Source: an uncultured bacterium (GTDB lineage Bacteria; DYJV01). From it: a stretch of DNA of 36,365 nt. Numbering within the stretch: position 1 is the stretch's first letter; each line of letters opens with the position of its first letter. Of the stretch, positions 8,228 through 18,391 are shown one piece after another. Location of the stretch: the NCBI GenBank assembly GCA_964543655.1, contig CAZIZE010000076.1:1-36365 (forward strand), in the 5' to 3' direction. The translations under genes were made by a program, and so were the position numbers. Below the pieces are notes generated by a model. That model ran no database searches, was not told the DNA's origin, and was given only the letters and a program-made list of their open reading frames with translations.

Positions 8228-8719
8228 CTATACTTTTCTTGAAAAAATTATTGATTTATATATAAAATTCACCACTATTTTATCAATATTAAGTAATTTA
8301 TCAATTTTTCCTGGATAAGTATTTAATTCTTCAAAAAGTATACTTTCTAAAACAGGAAAAAGGTTAAATATTTTTACAATAGTTTGATTTTTAATTAATT
8401 TCTTTAAATTAAAATCTTTTATAAAAAAGTTAATTAAAATTAAATCAATAATTTTTAAAATTATAAGAAGCGCATCTTCTAAATATATAAAAAATAAATT
8501 CTCACTTTTCCTGAATAATGCAATAAAAATATAGGAAATAAAAATAGTAAAGCAAAAAATTGATAATTTATCCAATTTTTCAAAAAAAGATTTATAGCTA
8601 AAATCTTTAATATTAAATTTTAAAAATATGGTAATTGATATAAGTGAAAAAAATAGCAGAAGAATATTGTTAGATAGCAAAAGAAACCATGCAAATATAA
8701 AAAAAATATATTTAAACAT
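8228..8719 (-). CDS. Hypothetical membrane protein
   Basis: 163 aa with about three hydrophobic segments; tight spacing (7 and 12 nt) to co-oriented neighbours; very AT-rich. Confidence 0.6.
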   Translation of the reverse strand: MFKYIFFIFAWFLLLSNNILLLFFSLISITIFLKFNIKDFSYKSFFEKLDKLSIFCFTIFISYIFIALFRKSENLFFIYLEDALLIILKIIDLILINFFIKDFNLKKLIKNQTIVKIFNLFPVLESILFEELNTYPGKIDKLLNIDKIVVNFIYKSIIFSRKV

Positions 8720-8726
8720 TACTAAA

Positions 8727-9533
8727 TTACTTGAGGTTTTTTAAATAATTTTTTGCATACATAGCCTGAGGTGACCTTGGGTAATCTTTTAAAATTTTTT
8801 TAAAAATTAATTTAGCACCATCTTTTTCACCTATTCTCATAAAAGATATTCCCTGCTTTAATAATGCTGCTGGAACCTTTGGGCTTTTTGGGTATTTAAC
8901 AATAACCTCATCATAATTTATTATAGCCTTCTCATACATTTTTCTTTTAAAGAAAGTCTCTCCAAGCCAGTAATAAGCATTTGGAATCAAACGTGATTTT
9001 GGAAATTTGTTAATAAATTCAGTAAATGCCTTCTCTGCTTTGTCATACTTACCAGCAGTAAATAAAGAGTAGGCGTTTTTGTAAAAGTATCTATCATCTT
9101 TAACCACCTGAGGAATATTTTTATTCTCACTGCCCTTCTGTAAAGAGCTGATCTGATTTTCTAAATTGTAAAGTTTTGTATAAATATCTTTAATTGCTTC
9201 CTGTGTAACTTCAGTAGAGCCCTGATCACCAGACCTGCTTAACTTTTTCTCAAGATATGCCTGGTCTTTTAGTTGATTTTTAATAGTAGCCAGTTCAGTG
9301 TATATTTCATTAAATTTTAATTTTTGCTCAGCAAGTATTTTAGACTCTAATCTATCAACTTTTTCTTCCAATTTAGAAACTCTTTTTTCAAGTTGGGTTG
9401 TTCTCATTTGAAGTTTGGATGTGGTGGAACCAAGATAATAAATATTATTTTGTGTTCTTTGAAACTGCTCATCTGTAACGCAAGATGATAGAAAAATGGA
9501 CAATATTAACAAAATCAATAACTTTACTCTCAT
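8727..9533 (-). CDS. cpoB: CpoB/YbgF-like coiled-coil + TPR lipoprotein (paralogue 1)
   Basis: Lipobox FLSSC, coiled coil, TPR block FPKSRLIPNAYYWLGE...YPKSPKVPAALLKQG...YPRSPQA. Confidence 0.88.
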   Translation of the reverse strand: MRVKLLILLILSIFLSSCVTDEQFQRTQNNIYYLGSTTSKLQMRTTQLEKRVSKLEEKVDRLESKILAEQKLKFNEIYTELATIKNQLKDQAYLEKKLSRSGDQGSTEVTQEAIKDIYTKLYNLENQISSLQKGSENKNIPQVVKDDRYFYKNAYSLFTAGKYDKAEKAFTEFINKFPKSRLIPNAYYWLGETFFKRKMYEKAIINYDEVIVKYPKSPKVPAALLKQGISFMRIGEKDGAKLIFKKILKDYPRSPQAMYAKNYLKNLK

Positions 9534-9534
9534 T

Positions 9535-10272
9535 TTATGCTCCTTTTAAAAGATATGAATAATCTTGATAATCTGTGTTCAAAGGTTTCCCATTTGAAAA
9601 AAAATAATTAACTTTGTTACTGTTAATCTCTAAAATTGTAGAGCTTGTTGTCTGAAAATTACCAAGATTAACAGAGTAATCTGAAGAAGGAATATTAAAG
9701 TCTCCTTTCTGATACTTTAAAAGTCTTTTTAAAACTTTTCTTACTGAAAATATCTCTTTAACTTTAATTGAATCAATTAATGCTTTACCTATTTCAAACT
9801 TTTCCCAATTGGAAAAAGGGTCAAGATTGCCAGCAATAAAATTTTGATTGGAAATATCAACAATATTTATATATTCATCAAATTCCACAAAAAAAACATT
9901 TTTAATATCTGATAATATTAAATAAAAAGGCAAATATGAATCCTGTGTAATTTTTTTAATTAACTTGATTATATTTTTAACATTTAATTCTTTCAATAAT
10001 TCCAATACCAACAGCCCTCTTGACTTGTAATCATTAGACCCTGTAAAAGGCTTATCTGCCTTCCACTTGTTAAGTAAATTTATTACTATGCCACTACTGT
10101 TTATTCCCAGCCAGGTACCGTGTTTCAACATATCAAGGCCACCTACTATTAATGGAGAGCGACCTAATATCATTGGAGGTGAAAAATTTCTATCTATATT
10201 TTCATCTCTATTATTTGCTATAATCAGTGGATAATCTTTGATATAATTATGTAAAATAATTGACACACACAT
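9535..10272 (-). CDS. NRDE/TANGO2 family protein
   Basis: Starts MC; ANNRDE, GTWLGIN, SRGLLV motifs. Confidence 0.92.
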   Translation of the reverse strand: MCVSIILHNYIKDYPLIIANNRDENIDRNFSPPMILGRSPLIVGGLDMLKHGTWLGINSSGIVINLLNKWKADKPFTGSNDYKSRGLLVLELLKELNVKNIIKLIKKITQDSYLPFYLILSDIKNVFFVEFDEYINIVDISNQNFIAGNLDPFSNWEKFEIGKALIDSIKVKEIFSVRKVLKRLLKYQKGDFNIPSSDYSVNLGNFQTTSSTILEINSNKVNYFFSNGKPLNTDYQDYSYLLKGA

Positions 10273-10358
10273 TGTATTAGTTATTAAATAAAAAATTACT
10301 TGATATTTTTTCTATATAACATTAAAATAATAAAAATTCAACCTAATAGGAGGCAATA

Positions 10359-11138
10359 ATGAATAAACATATTTGGCTGATAATAATCTCTCTATTTTGC
10401 TTTAATGCCTGTATGACAACATCAAGTAATGTAAAAACTCACGACCAATATTATCAGTCAAAAATAGCCATGTTAGAAAAGCAGGTACAGGACCTGCAAA
10501 AGCAAATTAATCAATTAGAATCAAAGAAAAAAGCAGTAAGAACAGGAGAGGAAAAATTAGAAATATTAAATGAAATAAGTAAATTATCTGAAAAACAGCA
10601 AAAAAACCTATCATACCTTGAGCAGATTAAGAAGGAAATAGCAGAGCTCAAATCAAATATTAGCAATAAATCAAAACAACATACCATTACTAAAGTAAAG
10701 CCAAAAAAATATAACTATAGAAAACCTTATATTAAAAAGAAAAAAAAGTTAAGTCCTGATGACGAATATATTAAATGTTACAAATTATATGTAAAAAATA
10801 AATTTAAACAGAGTGAGCAATGTTTTAACAATTTTTTATCAAAATATCCAAAAAGTCATCTTATTGCAAATGCTTATTTCTGGATTGGCGAAACCTATTT
10901 TGCAAGGAAAAATTATCCTAAAGCAATTGACTATTATGACATAATTCTTACAAAATTTCTAAAATCAGAGAAAGTTGCTGCTGCACTTTTAAAAGAAGGG
11001 TTATCCTTTTATGAGCTGCATGATAATGAGGGAGCCAAAATTTTTCTTGAAAAAGTAATTTCTGATTATCCAAACACTCCTCAGGCTAAATGGGCTAAAA
11101 ATTATTTAAAAAAATATAATTTAGATAAACTTAAATAA
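10359..11138 (+). CDS. cpoB: CpoB/YbgF-like coiled-coil + TPR lipoprotein (paralogue 2)
   Basis: AGGAGG RBS; lipobox-like FNAC; coiled coil; YPKSHLIANAYFWIGE...KVAAALLKEG...YPNTPQA. Confidence 0.85.
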   Translation: MNKHIWLIIISLFCFNACMTTSSNVKTHDQYYQSKIAMLEKQVQDLQKQINQLESKKKAVRTGEEKLEILNEISKLSEKQQKNLSYLEQIKKEIAELKSNISNKSKQHTITKVKPKKYNYRKPYIKKKKKLSPDDEYIKCYKLYVKNKFKQSEQCFNNFLSKYPKSHLIANAYFWIGETYFARKNYPKAIDYYDIILTKFLKSEKVAAALLKEGLSFYELHDNEGAKIFLEKVISDYPNTPQAKWAKNYLKKYNLDKLK

Positions 11139-11777
11139 ATGGGTAAAATAAGGAAAAAGATTAGAGATTACTTCTTTACTGGACTTATAGTTATTGTCCC
11201 TGGCTATATTTCATTTTATATAGTGGTGGCAATCATAAAAAAAATGGACAGCTTTATTGAGCTGTTACCAGTAAAATACCACCCTGAAACATATTTACCT
11301 TTTAAAATCCCTGGCCTTGGTGCAATAGCAACTTTTTTACTGATTTTCATTATAGGGATAATTTTTACAAACATATTTGGAAAAAGATTACTATTTTTCA
11401 TTGAAAATAAATTTTTTAAACAAATTCCTTTTATTGGTCCAATCTACAAAGGGATAAAGCAGATTATTGAAACAATTTTTTCTCAAGATACCAAAAGCTT
11501 CAAAGAAGTTGTTTTAATAGAATATCCTAAAAAAGACTCTTATGCTATTGCCTTTATTACAGGTATAATTGATCATGGAGAGATTAAAGAGAAAATTAAT
11601 TATCCAGAAATTGTTACTGTTTTTGTACCAACCACTCCCAATCCAACTTCTGGTTTTTTACTTTTAATTCCCTCTGAGAAAATTATTAGATTAAACATGT
11701 CTGTGGAAACAGCTTTTAAAATAATAATAAGTGGAGGAGTTTTAACTGAAGAAGATGCTAAACAATATAAAAAATAA
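11139..11777 (+). CDS. DUF502 family membrane protein
   Basis: YFFTGLIVIVP, IPFIGPIY, VVLIEYP, VFVPTTPNPTSGF, IISGG. Confidence 0.92.
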   Translation: MGKIRKKIRDYFFTGLIVIVPGYISFYIVVAIIKKMDSFIELLPVKYHPETYLPFKIPGLGAIATFLLIFIIGIIFTNIFGKRLLFFIENKFFKQIPFIGPIYKGIKQIIETIFSQDTKSFKEVVLIEYPKKDSYAIAFITGIIDHGEIKEKINYPEIVTVFVPTTPNPTSGFLLLIPSEKIIRLNMSVETAFKIIISGGVLTEEDAKQYKK

Positions 11778-12711
11778 TCAATATATTGAGGGATTTTTCA
11801 TTGTTCATAAAAAGGAAGTTTTAACAGCTAAAAACAATAAACAATACCTTAATCTTATTATAGGAGATAAAACAGGCCAGATAAATGCAAAAATGTGGGA
11901 TATTTCACACAACTTTGATAACATAGAAGAGGAAGATGTTGTTTTTTTAAAAGGTAAAGTTGATAAATTTAAAGATAATCTTCAGGTTATTGTTGAATCT
12001 ATTGAAAAAAAAGAGGTTCCTGAAACTATTCTAAATAATCTGATACCAACAACTGACAAAAATATTGAAGAGATGTTTGCCAATATATTAAATTTTAAAA
12101 ATTCAATATCTACAAAACCTGTAAAAAAACTTATTGAAAAAATTTTTAATAACGAGTTTATTGAGCTTTTTAAAATTTCACCTGCTGCCACAACTTATCA
12201 TCATGCTTATAGAGGAGGATTAGTGGAGCATACATTAACAGTTGTAACTCTTTGTGATAAATTTTCCTCTGTTTATACAAATGTCAATAGAGATATTTTA
12301 ATTGCAGGTGCTATACTTCATGATATTGGCAAGGTGTATGAGTACAATAACAAAACCTTTAAAAGAACAGATTATGGCAGGTTAATTGGTCATATTGCAA
12401 TTGGAATTTCAATGGTGGATAAAGCATTAGGGAAAATTAAAAACTTTCCTGAAAAACTATCTTTTGCAATTAAACATCTTATTTTAAGCCATCATGGTCG
12501 GCTTGAGTGGGGTTCTCCTGTTCAACCATCTACCATTGAAGCGTCTCTTCTCCATTTTGCTGATAATCTTGATTCTGAAATACAGACCTTTTTAGAACTG
12601 GACAATGAAAAAAAAGGCTGGCAATACAATAAATCATTGCGAAGGAATGTTTATTTAGATGATTTATTAATAGAATCAGCAGATAATAATGCTGAAAAAA
12701 CTTTATTTTAA
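11755..12711 (+). CDS. yhaM: OB-fold + HD-domain phosphohydrolase (YhaM/Cbf1 3'-5' exoribonuclease family)
   Basis: DKTGQINAKMW OB fold; SPAA...HHAYRGGLVEHTL; LHDIGK; ILSHHG..EWGSP; HFADNLD. Confidence 0.88.
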   Translation: MLNNIKNNQYIEGFFIVHKKEVLTAKNNKQYLNLIIGDKTGQINAKMWDISHNFDNIEEEDVVFLKGKVDKFKDNLQVIVESIEKKEVPETILNNLIPTTDKNIEEMFANILNFKNSISTKPVKKLIEKIFNNEFIELFKISPAATTYHHAYRGGLVEHTLTVVTLCDKFSSVYTNVNRDILIAGAILHDIGKVYEYNNKTFKRTDYGRLIGHIAIGISMVDKALGKIKNFPEKLSFAIKHLILSHHGRLEWGSPVQPSTIEASLLHFADNLDSEIQTFLELDNEKKGWQYNKSLRRNVYLDDLLIESADNNAEKTLF

Positions 12712-12729
12712 AAGGAAAGGAGGGGTAAA

Positions 12730-14463
12730 ATGGATAAAATTTTAAGAATCAACTTTAATAAAGATAAAGTGGAAGTTAAAACAGAGCCTATTGGAGAATA
12801 TGAAGGATTTGGTGGTAGGGGACTTACTTCAATGATAGTTTCCAAAGAGGTTCCTCCTGCATGTCATCCACTAAGCAGGCATAATAAATTAATTTTTGCA
12901 CCTGGTCTTGTTACTGGTTCAGCTGCGTCAACATCTGGAAGATTGTCTGTAGGTTGCAAAAGTCCACTTACAGGTGGCATTAAAGAGGCAAATGTTGGTG
13001 GACAGGCAGGTCAATATCTTGCAAGGCTTGGATATGCAGCTATTGTTCTTGAAGGTAAACCTGTAGATGATAAATTTTATAAAATCTATATTAACAAAGA
13101 TAACGTAGAAGTTACTGAAGCAGATGATTTAAAAGGTCTTACCAATTACCAGGTTGCAGCAAAAGTTAAAGAGCAGTATGGTGACAAAGTGGCATTAATA
13201 TCAATAGGCACAGCTGGAGAAATGAAAATGTCAGCAGCTTCAATAGCTGTTACAGACCCGGAATTTAGACCAACAAGGCACGCAGGTAGAGGTGGACCAG
13301 GAGCTGTTATGGGCTCAAAAGGTGTCAAAGCTATTATACTTGATATGAGTGGATGTCCTATGAGAGAGCCTAAAGATAAAGAAAAATTTAAAGAAGCTAA
13401 TAAAAAATTTGTTGAAGGTTTAAGAAAACACCCTGTTACTGGAGAAGCACTTCCTGCATATGGTACCAATGTACTTACAAATATTATTAATGAAGCTGGT
13501 GCACTTCCAACATTCAATTTTAAACAGGGAAAATTTAATGAAGCTGCTAAAATCAGTGGTGAAACATATGCTGAAATTGAGAAAAACAGAGGTGGCATTC
13601 CTACTCATGGTTGCCATACAGGTTGTGCAATAAAATGCTCCGGAATATATGTTGATAAAAATGGCAATTACATTACCAAACAGCCAGAATATGAAACAGT
13701 TTGGGCTCATGGAGCTAACTGTGGTATTAGTGATCCTGATATAATTGCTCAAATAGATGCAATGGAAGATGATATTGGCCTTGATACCATTGAAATGGGA
13801 GCAACATTTGGTGTTGCAATGGATGCTGGTTTGCTCAAATTTGGAGATGGTGAAGGTATTTTAAAGCTACTTGAAGAGATTAAAAAAGGAACTGCGCTTG
13901 GTAGAATACTTGGTAATGGTGCATTAATTACAGGAAAAGTTTTTGGTGTGGAAAGGATACCAGTTGTTAAAGGTCAGGCTATGCCAGCATATGACCCCAG
14001 AGGTGCAAAAGGTATTGGTGTTACCTATGCAACAAGCACTATGGGAGCTGATCACACAGCAGGTTACACTATAACTGCCAATATTTTAAAAGTTGGCGGA
14101 GAAGTTAATCCTTTGAAACCTGAAGGCCAGATAGAGCTTTCAAAAAATTTACAAATTGCTACAGCTGCACTTGATTCAACAGGATTCTGTTTATTTATTG
14201 CATTTGCAATTCTTGACCAGGTAGAGACTTTCAATGCTATGATAGATATTATAAATGGATTGTACGGCTGGAACCTTACTGCAGATGATGTTACAGAGCT
14301 TGGTAAAAAAATTATTAATGCAGAGAGAGAATTCAACTTTAAAGCTGGATTCTCCAAAATGGATGATAGGCTTCCTGAGTTTTTCATGGAAGAGAAATTG
14401 CCTCCACACAACACAGTTTTTGATATTAAGGAAGATGAACTTGAAAAGGTTTTTGAATTTTAA
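12730..14463 (+). CDS. aor: Aldehyde:ferredoxin oxidoreductase family (tungstopterin)
   Basis: GGRGL, KSPLTGGIKEAN, AGRGGPGAVMGSKG, CHTGCAIKC, PEYET, GLDTI, YDPRG, GADH, DDRLP; strong RBS. Confidence 0.93.
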   Translation: MDKILRINFNKDKVEVKTEPIGEYEGFGGRGLTSMIVSKEVPPACHPLSRHNKLIFAPGLVTGSAASTSGRLSVGCKSPLTGGIKEANVGGQAGQYLARLGYAAIVLEGKPVDDKFYKIYINKDNVEVTEADDLKGLTNYQVAAKVKEQYGDKVALISIGTAGEMKMSAASIAVTDPEFRPTRHAGRGGPGAVMGSKGVKAIILDMSGCPMREPKDKEKFKEANKKFVEGLRKHPVTGEALPAYGTNVLTNIINEAGALPTFNFKQGKFNEAAKISGETYAEIEKNRGGIPTHGCHTGCAIKCSGIYVDKNGNYITKQPEYETVWAHGANCGISDPDIIAQIDAMEDDIGLDTIEMGATFGVAMDAGLLKFGDGEGILKLLEEIKKGTALGRILGNGALITGKVFGVERIPVVKGQAMPAYDPRGAKGIGVTYATSTMGADHTAGYTITANILKVGGEVNPLKPEGQIELSKNLQIATAALDSTGFCLFIAFAILDQVETFNAMIDIINGLYGWNLTADDVTELGKKIINAEREFNFKAGFSKMDDRLPEFFMEEKLPPHNTVFDIKEDELEKVFEF

Positions 14464-14466
14464 TAA

Positions 14467-15525
14467 ATGAAAAAATTAAGGGAAGGATTTACCACTGGAG
14501 CTTGTGCCGCAGCAGCAGCAAAACTTGCTACACTTAATTTAATTTCAAATCAGGAGATTAACACTGTTGATGTATGGTTTCCTGGAGATAAATATTTTAA
14601 CTTTAAAGCATATTCAATTAAAAAGGGTGATAATTTTGCAGAAGCAACAGTAAAAAAATTTGCTGGTGATGACCCTGACATTACTAATGGTGCAATAATT
14701 GGTGCAAAGGTTTACTTTTCAGAGGATAAAGGGATAAAAATTTTAGGTGGAAAAGGTGTTGGCAGGGTTACCAAAAGGGGACTTGCAGTTAAAGTTGGTG
14801 ACCCTGCTATTAATCCTATTCCAAAATTAATGATAGAAAAAAATATCAAGGAAGTTATTACTGAACCGCAACTAAATGTAGAAATATTTGTTGTAGATGG
14901 TGATAAATTAGCCCTAAAAACTCTAAATAAAAAATTAGGTATCATTGGTGGTATTTCCATCCTTGGCACAACTGGGATTGTTAAACCTGTTTCAGCTGAA
15001 GCATACAAAGCTTCAATTGATGTTGAGCTTAATGTTGCTATTGCCAATAATATTAATGAAATTGTATTTGTTACAGGCCGCACATCTGAGAAAATAGCCA
15101 AAAAACTATTAAACCTGCCAGATGAAGCGTTTGTTACTATAGGAGACCATATAGGATTTTCCTTGAAAAAAGCTGTTGAAAAAGGGTTTAAAATAGTAAA
15201 CATTGTTGGACAATTTGGTAAATTTACCAAAATAGCTTCTGGTGAATTTCAAACTCATGTTAAATATTCCAACATCTTTATTTCAAATTTACTTAACTTT
15301 ATTTCTGAGAAAGAGAAACAGGATAAAGAGTTTACAGAAATGATTAATACTACAATTTCTGCGAGATTAATATTTGAGGAAGCTATAGAAAGAGGATACA
15401 CAGACCTTCTTGAAAATGTTACAGATAAAGTAAAAGAGAATTGCGAAAAGTATGTTGAAGGTAAAATTAAAGTAAAATGTTACCTTGTAGGTTACAAAGA
15501 TGGGATTTATGCAAAATCAGAATAA
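14467..15525 (+). CDS. cbiD: Cobalt-precorrin-5B C1-methyltransferase
   Basis: LREGFTTGACAAAA, AGDDPDITNG, GGKGVGRVT, PAINPIP, GGISILGTTG. Confidence 0.95.
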   Translation: MKKLREGFTTGACAAAAAKLATLNLISNQEINTVDVWFPGDKYFNFKAYSIKKGDNFAEATVKKFAGDDPDITNGAIIGAKVYFSEDKGIKILGGKGVGRVTKRGLAVKVGDPAINPIPKLMIEKNIKEVITEPQLNVEIFVVDGDKLALKTLNKKLGIIGGISILGTTGIVKPVSAEAYKASIDVELNVAIANNINEIVFVTGRTSEKIAKKLLNLPDEAFVTIGDHIGFSLKKAVEKGFKIVNIVGQFGKFTKIASGEFQTHVKYSNIFISNLLNFISEKEKQDKEFTEMINTTISARLIFEEAIERGYTDLLENVTDKVKENCEKYVEGKIKVKCYLVGYKDGIYAKSE

Positions 15526-16726
15526 AATAAGAGTAATTGGCATTGGTCCAAAAGGTGAAACCTTTTACAGAGAGTATATTCTCAGCGCTGATATAATTGT
15601 TGGTGGGAAAAGGTTACTTAATTTTTTCAATTTCAATAAAAAACAGGAGACAATAATACTTGCAAAAAATTTGCAGGCAACCCTTGAAAATCTTAAGTCA
15701 GTTAAGAATAAAAACATAGTAATATTGGCATCTGGTGATCCACTTTTTTTTGGAATAGGTAAAAGATTGGTGGAAATATTTGGAAAGGATAATCTTATAT
15801 TTCATCCATATCTCAACTCAATTCAGATTTTAGCAGCAAAAATAGGTATAGATTACAGTAACATTATCTATACTTCGTTTCACGGCAGAAATTTTAATGA
15901 AAACAGATTATTATCTTTTGTAAAATATAATGAAAAGGTGGGAATCCTCACAGATAAAAATAATAACATTAATAAAATTGTAAATTCCTTAAAAAACTCA
16001 TATTTACCAACTAAAGATATTACTGTTCATATAGGTCAGATGCTCGGAACTACAAATGAAAATATAATATCCTCAACTGTTGATGATTACAATTGGGTAC
16101 CTCCAACAGAACTGGACAGTATAATCATTGTAAATAAAAAAATAGAGAATTTTTATCACCACTCTTTAGCAGAAAAGGAGATTTACCATTTTGAAGGTCT
16201 AATCACCAAAAAAGAGATAAGAGCAATTTCCATATCATATTTAAATCTCAGTTTTGACTCAATAATGTGGGACATTGGCGGTGGAAGTGGCTCTGTTTCT
16301 ATTGAAGCATCTTCTCTATGCTACAAAGGGATGGTTTACATTATTGAAAAAGAGCTGGAAAGAGTAAAGTTAATTGAAAAAAATTTGAAAAAATTTAGAT
16401 GCCATAATGTAAAGGTTATTTCTGGAAATGCAGAAGATGTTATGAAACAGCTCCCTATTCCTAATAGAGTATTTATTGGTGGTTTTTCAGGAAATATAGA
16501 AAATCTTTTAGACTACCTGAAAACAATTGCAAGTAAAAATATTATAGTTGTTTTAAATATTGTCCTTATTGAAAAACTTTATTCAGTAATCAAGTGGTGC
16601 CAGAAAAATAATATTGAATTTGAATCATGTCAGGTCAATGTTTCTAATCTCAATAATATAGCAGAAAAATTCCATTACTACAAAGCACAAAATCCTGTAA
16701 ATATAATAAAACTGATTTTAGAATAA
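15509..16726 (+). CDS. cbiET: Bifunctional precorrin-6Y/cobalt-precorrin C5,15-methyltransferase (CbiE-CbiT fusion, CobL-like)
   Basis: VIGIGP, LASGDPLFFGIG, SFHGR; ITKKEIRA, WDIGGGSGSV. Start could be 15500 or 15509. Confidence 0.92.
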   Translation: MQNQNKIRVIGIGPKGETFYREYILSADIIVGGKRLLNFFNFNKKQETIILAKNLQATLENLKSVKNKNIVILASGDPLFFGIGKRLVEIFGKDNLIFHPYLNSIQILAAKIGIDYSNIIYTSFHGRNFNENRLLSFVKYNEKVGILTDKNNNINKIVNSLKNSYLPTKDITVHIGQMLGTTNENIISSTVDDYNWVPPTELDSIIIVNKKIENFYHHSLAEKEIYHFEGLITKKEIRAISISYLNLSFDSIMWDIGGGSGSVSIEASSLCYKGMVYIIEKELERVKLIEKNLKKFRCHNVKVISGNAEDVMKQLPIPNRVFIGGFSGNIENLLDYLKTIASKNIIVVLNIVLIEKLYSVIKWCQKNNIEFESCQVNVSNLNNIAEKFHYYKAQNPVNIIKLILE

Positions 16727-16731
16727 TTTCC

Positions 16732-16759
16732 TTGACAATTTTCATAATTTAATTATAAG
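16732..16759 (+). promoter_or_regulatory. Sigma70-type promoter for SRP RNA/dnaX
   Basis: TTGACA (16732-16737), 16 nt, TATAAG (16754-16759), 8 nt before the SRP RNA 5' end. Confidence 0.6.
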
Positions 16760-16767
16760 AAGTTCTC

Positions 16768-16863
16768 GGTCAGGCCCTACGCAACAATCTAACTGTGAAC
16801 CCCGTCAGGCCCGGAAGGGAGCAGCGGTAGCAGTTTTGATTGTGTGCCGTAGGTTTCCTGACC
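16768..16863 (+). ncRNA. ffs: Signal recognition particle RNA, small bacterial type (4.5S)
   Basis: GC-rich island; terminal stem GGTCAGG/CCTGACC; conserved helix 8 TCAGGCCCGGAAGGGAGCAGC with GGAA tetraloop; followed by a T run; usual position upstream of dnaX. Confidence 0.96.
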
Positions 16864-16885
16864 TTTTTAATAAGGAAATAGATAG

Positions 16886-18391
16886 ATGACTCATAAAGTT
16901 TTAGCATTAAAGTTTAGACCACAAATATTTGAAGATGTTATAGGCCAGGAGCATATTACCATAACTCTCATGAATTCTATAAAAAATAACAGAATTGCTC
17001 ATGCCTATCTCTTTTCTGGTTCAAGAGGAGTTGGTAAAACAACCACTGCAAGAATTCTTGCAAAATCATTAAACTGTGAACAGGGTATTACAGTAAATCC
17101 TTGTAACCAATGCAAAAATTGCAGAGAAATTACAGAATCAATATCAATGGATGTAGAAGAGATTGATGGTGCTTCAAATAGAGGAATTAATGAAATTAGA
17201 GAATTAAAGGAGAGAGCTAAAACTTATCCATTAAATTCCAGATATAAAATATTTATTATTGATGAAGTGCATATGTTAACAAATGAGGCATTTAATGCTC
17301 TTTTAAAGGTTTTAGAGGAGCCTCCTGAATTTGTTGTGTTTATTTTTGCCACAACAGAGCCATATAAAATTCCGGTTACAATTCTTTCAAGATGCCAGAG
17401 GTTTGACTTTAAAAGAATTTCATTAATTAAAATAGTGGAGAATTTTAGAAAAATTTTAGAAAAAGAGAATTTAGAAATTCCTGATAATATACTTTTTAGA
17501 GTTGCTAAAAAGAGTGAAGGCTCAATGAGAGATGGTTTAAGCTTATTGGAGCAGGTTATTAATTTCTACTATGATGAACGTGCAAGAGATTACATTGAAG
17601 ATATTTTAGGCTATTCCAATGTGTCTTTTTTTAATGAGCTTATGGGTTATATTGAAAAAAGCAACTATAAGGGAATTTTTTCTATATTGAATAAAATGAC
17701 CTATGAAGGCATTGATTTTAAAGAATTAACAAAAGATTTTATTGACTATTTGCAAAATATTGTTACATTACTCTATTTCCCGGAAAATAAAGAATTTATT
17801 GAAGATTCACCAGAAAATATTAATGATATGTTAGAAATAGCCAAAAATTTTGATAAATTTTTTATTCAAACTATTTTAAATCTACTATTAAAAGAGTATG
17901 AAAAAATCAAATTTTCTGAATTTCCAGAAATAAACTTTAAGCTTTTTATATTAAAAATTTTAGAATTACCTAAGTTAAAAAGCATTGATAAGATTATAAA
18001 AGAATTAAAAGAAGTTAAATTAACAGAACCTCAACAGAGAACACCTGTTGATAATACAAAAAAAGAATTGATTTGGAAAGATTTTATCAAATATTTATCC
18101 TATGAAAAACCTTTGCTTTATGGCTTTCTATCTGATGCAAAAATTCTTTATAATGATAATGGGAAAATTATTTTAGAAGTTAATAAATTAATTCCTGATG
18201 AAAAGAATTTTATAAAAGAGATTGAGAAATATTTAAAAAATTTTTCAAACATTGATATTAAAGTTGAACTACAGATAAATAAAAAATTGCAGTTTAAACA
18301 TAAAGTGTTGCAAAATGAAGTAATTAATGATATTTTGAATCTTTTCAATGGTGAAATTGAAAAAATTAAATATAAACAGGAGGAATTATGA
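16886..18391 (+). CDS. dnaX: DNA polymerase III subunit gamma/tau
   Basis: KFRPQ.F..VIGQ, Walker [10 protein letters not shown], Zn-finger cysteines, EIDGASN, IDEVHML, SRC motif, GSMRD. Confidence 0.97.
   Translation: MTHKVLALKFRPQIFEDVIGQEHITITLMNSIKNNRIAHAYLFSGSRGVGKTTTARILAKSLNCEQGITVNPCNQCKNCREITESISMDVEEIDGASNRGINEIRELKERAKTYPLNSRYKIFIIDEVHMLTNEAFNALLKVLEEPPEFVVFIFATTEPYKIPVTILSRCQRFDFKRISLIKIVENFRKILEKENLEIPDNILFRVAKKSEGSMRDGLSLLEQVINFYYDERARDYIEDILGYSNVSFFNELMGYIEKSNYKGIFSILNKMTYEGIDFKELTKDFIDYLQNIVTLLYFPENKEFIEDSPENINDMLEIAKNFDKFFIQTILNLLLKEYEKIKFSEFPEINFKLFILKILELPKLKSIDKIIKELKEVKLTEPQQRTPVDNTKKELIWKDFIKYLSYEKPLLYGFLSDAKILYNDNGKIILEVNKLIPDEKNFIKEIEKYLKNFSNIDIKVELQINKKLQFKHKVLQNEVINDILNLFNGEIEKIKYKQEEL

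Noticed and set aside
13146-15230. Alternative ORFs of 71-172 aa within aor and cbiD
   Set aside because: Lie inside conserved genes, antisense or out of frame; no independent evidence.
16727-16885. GC-rich structured segment after cbiET as a cobalamin riboswitch or tRNA
   Set aside because: It lies downstream of the cbi genes, lacks a cloverleaf or B12 box, and is fully explained as SRP RNA.
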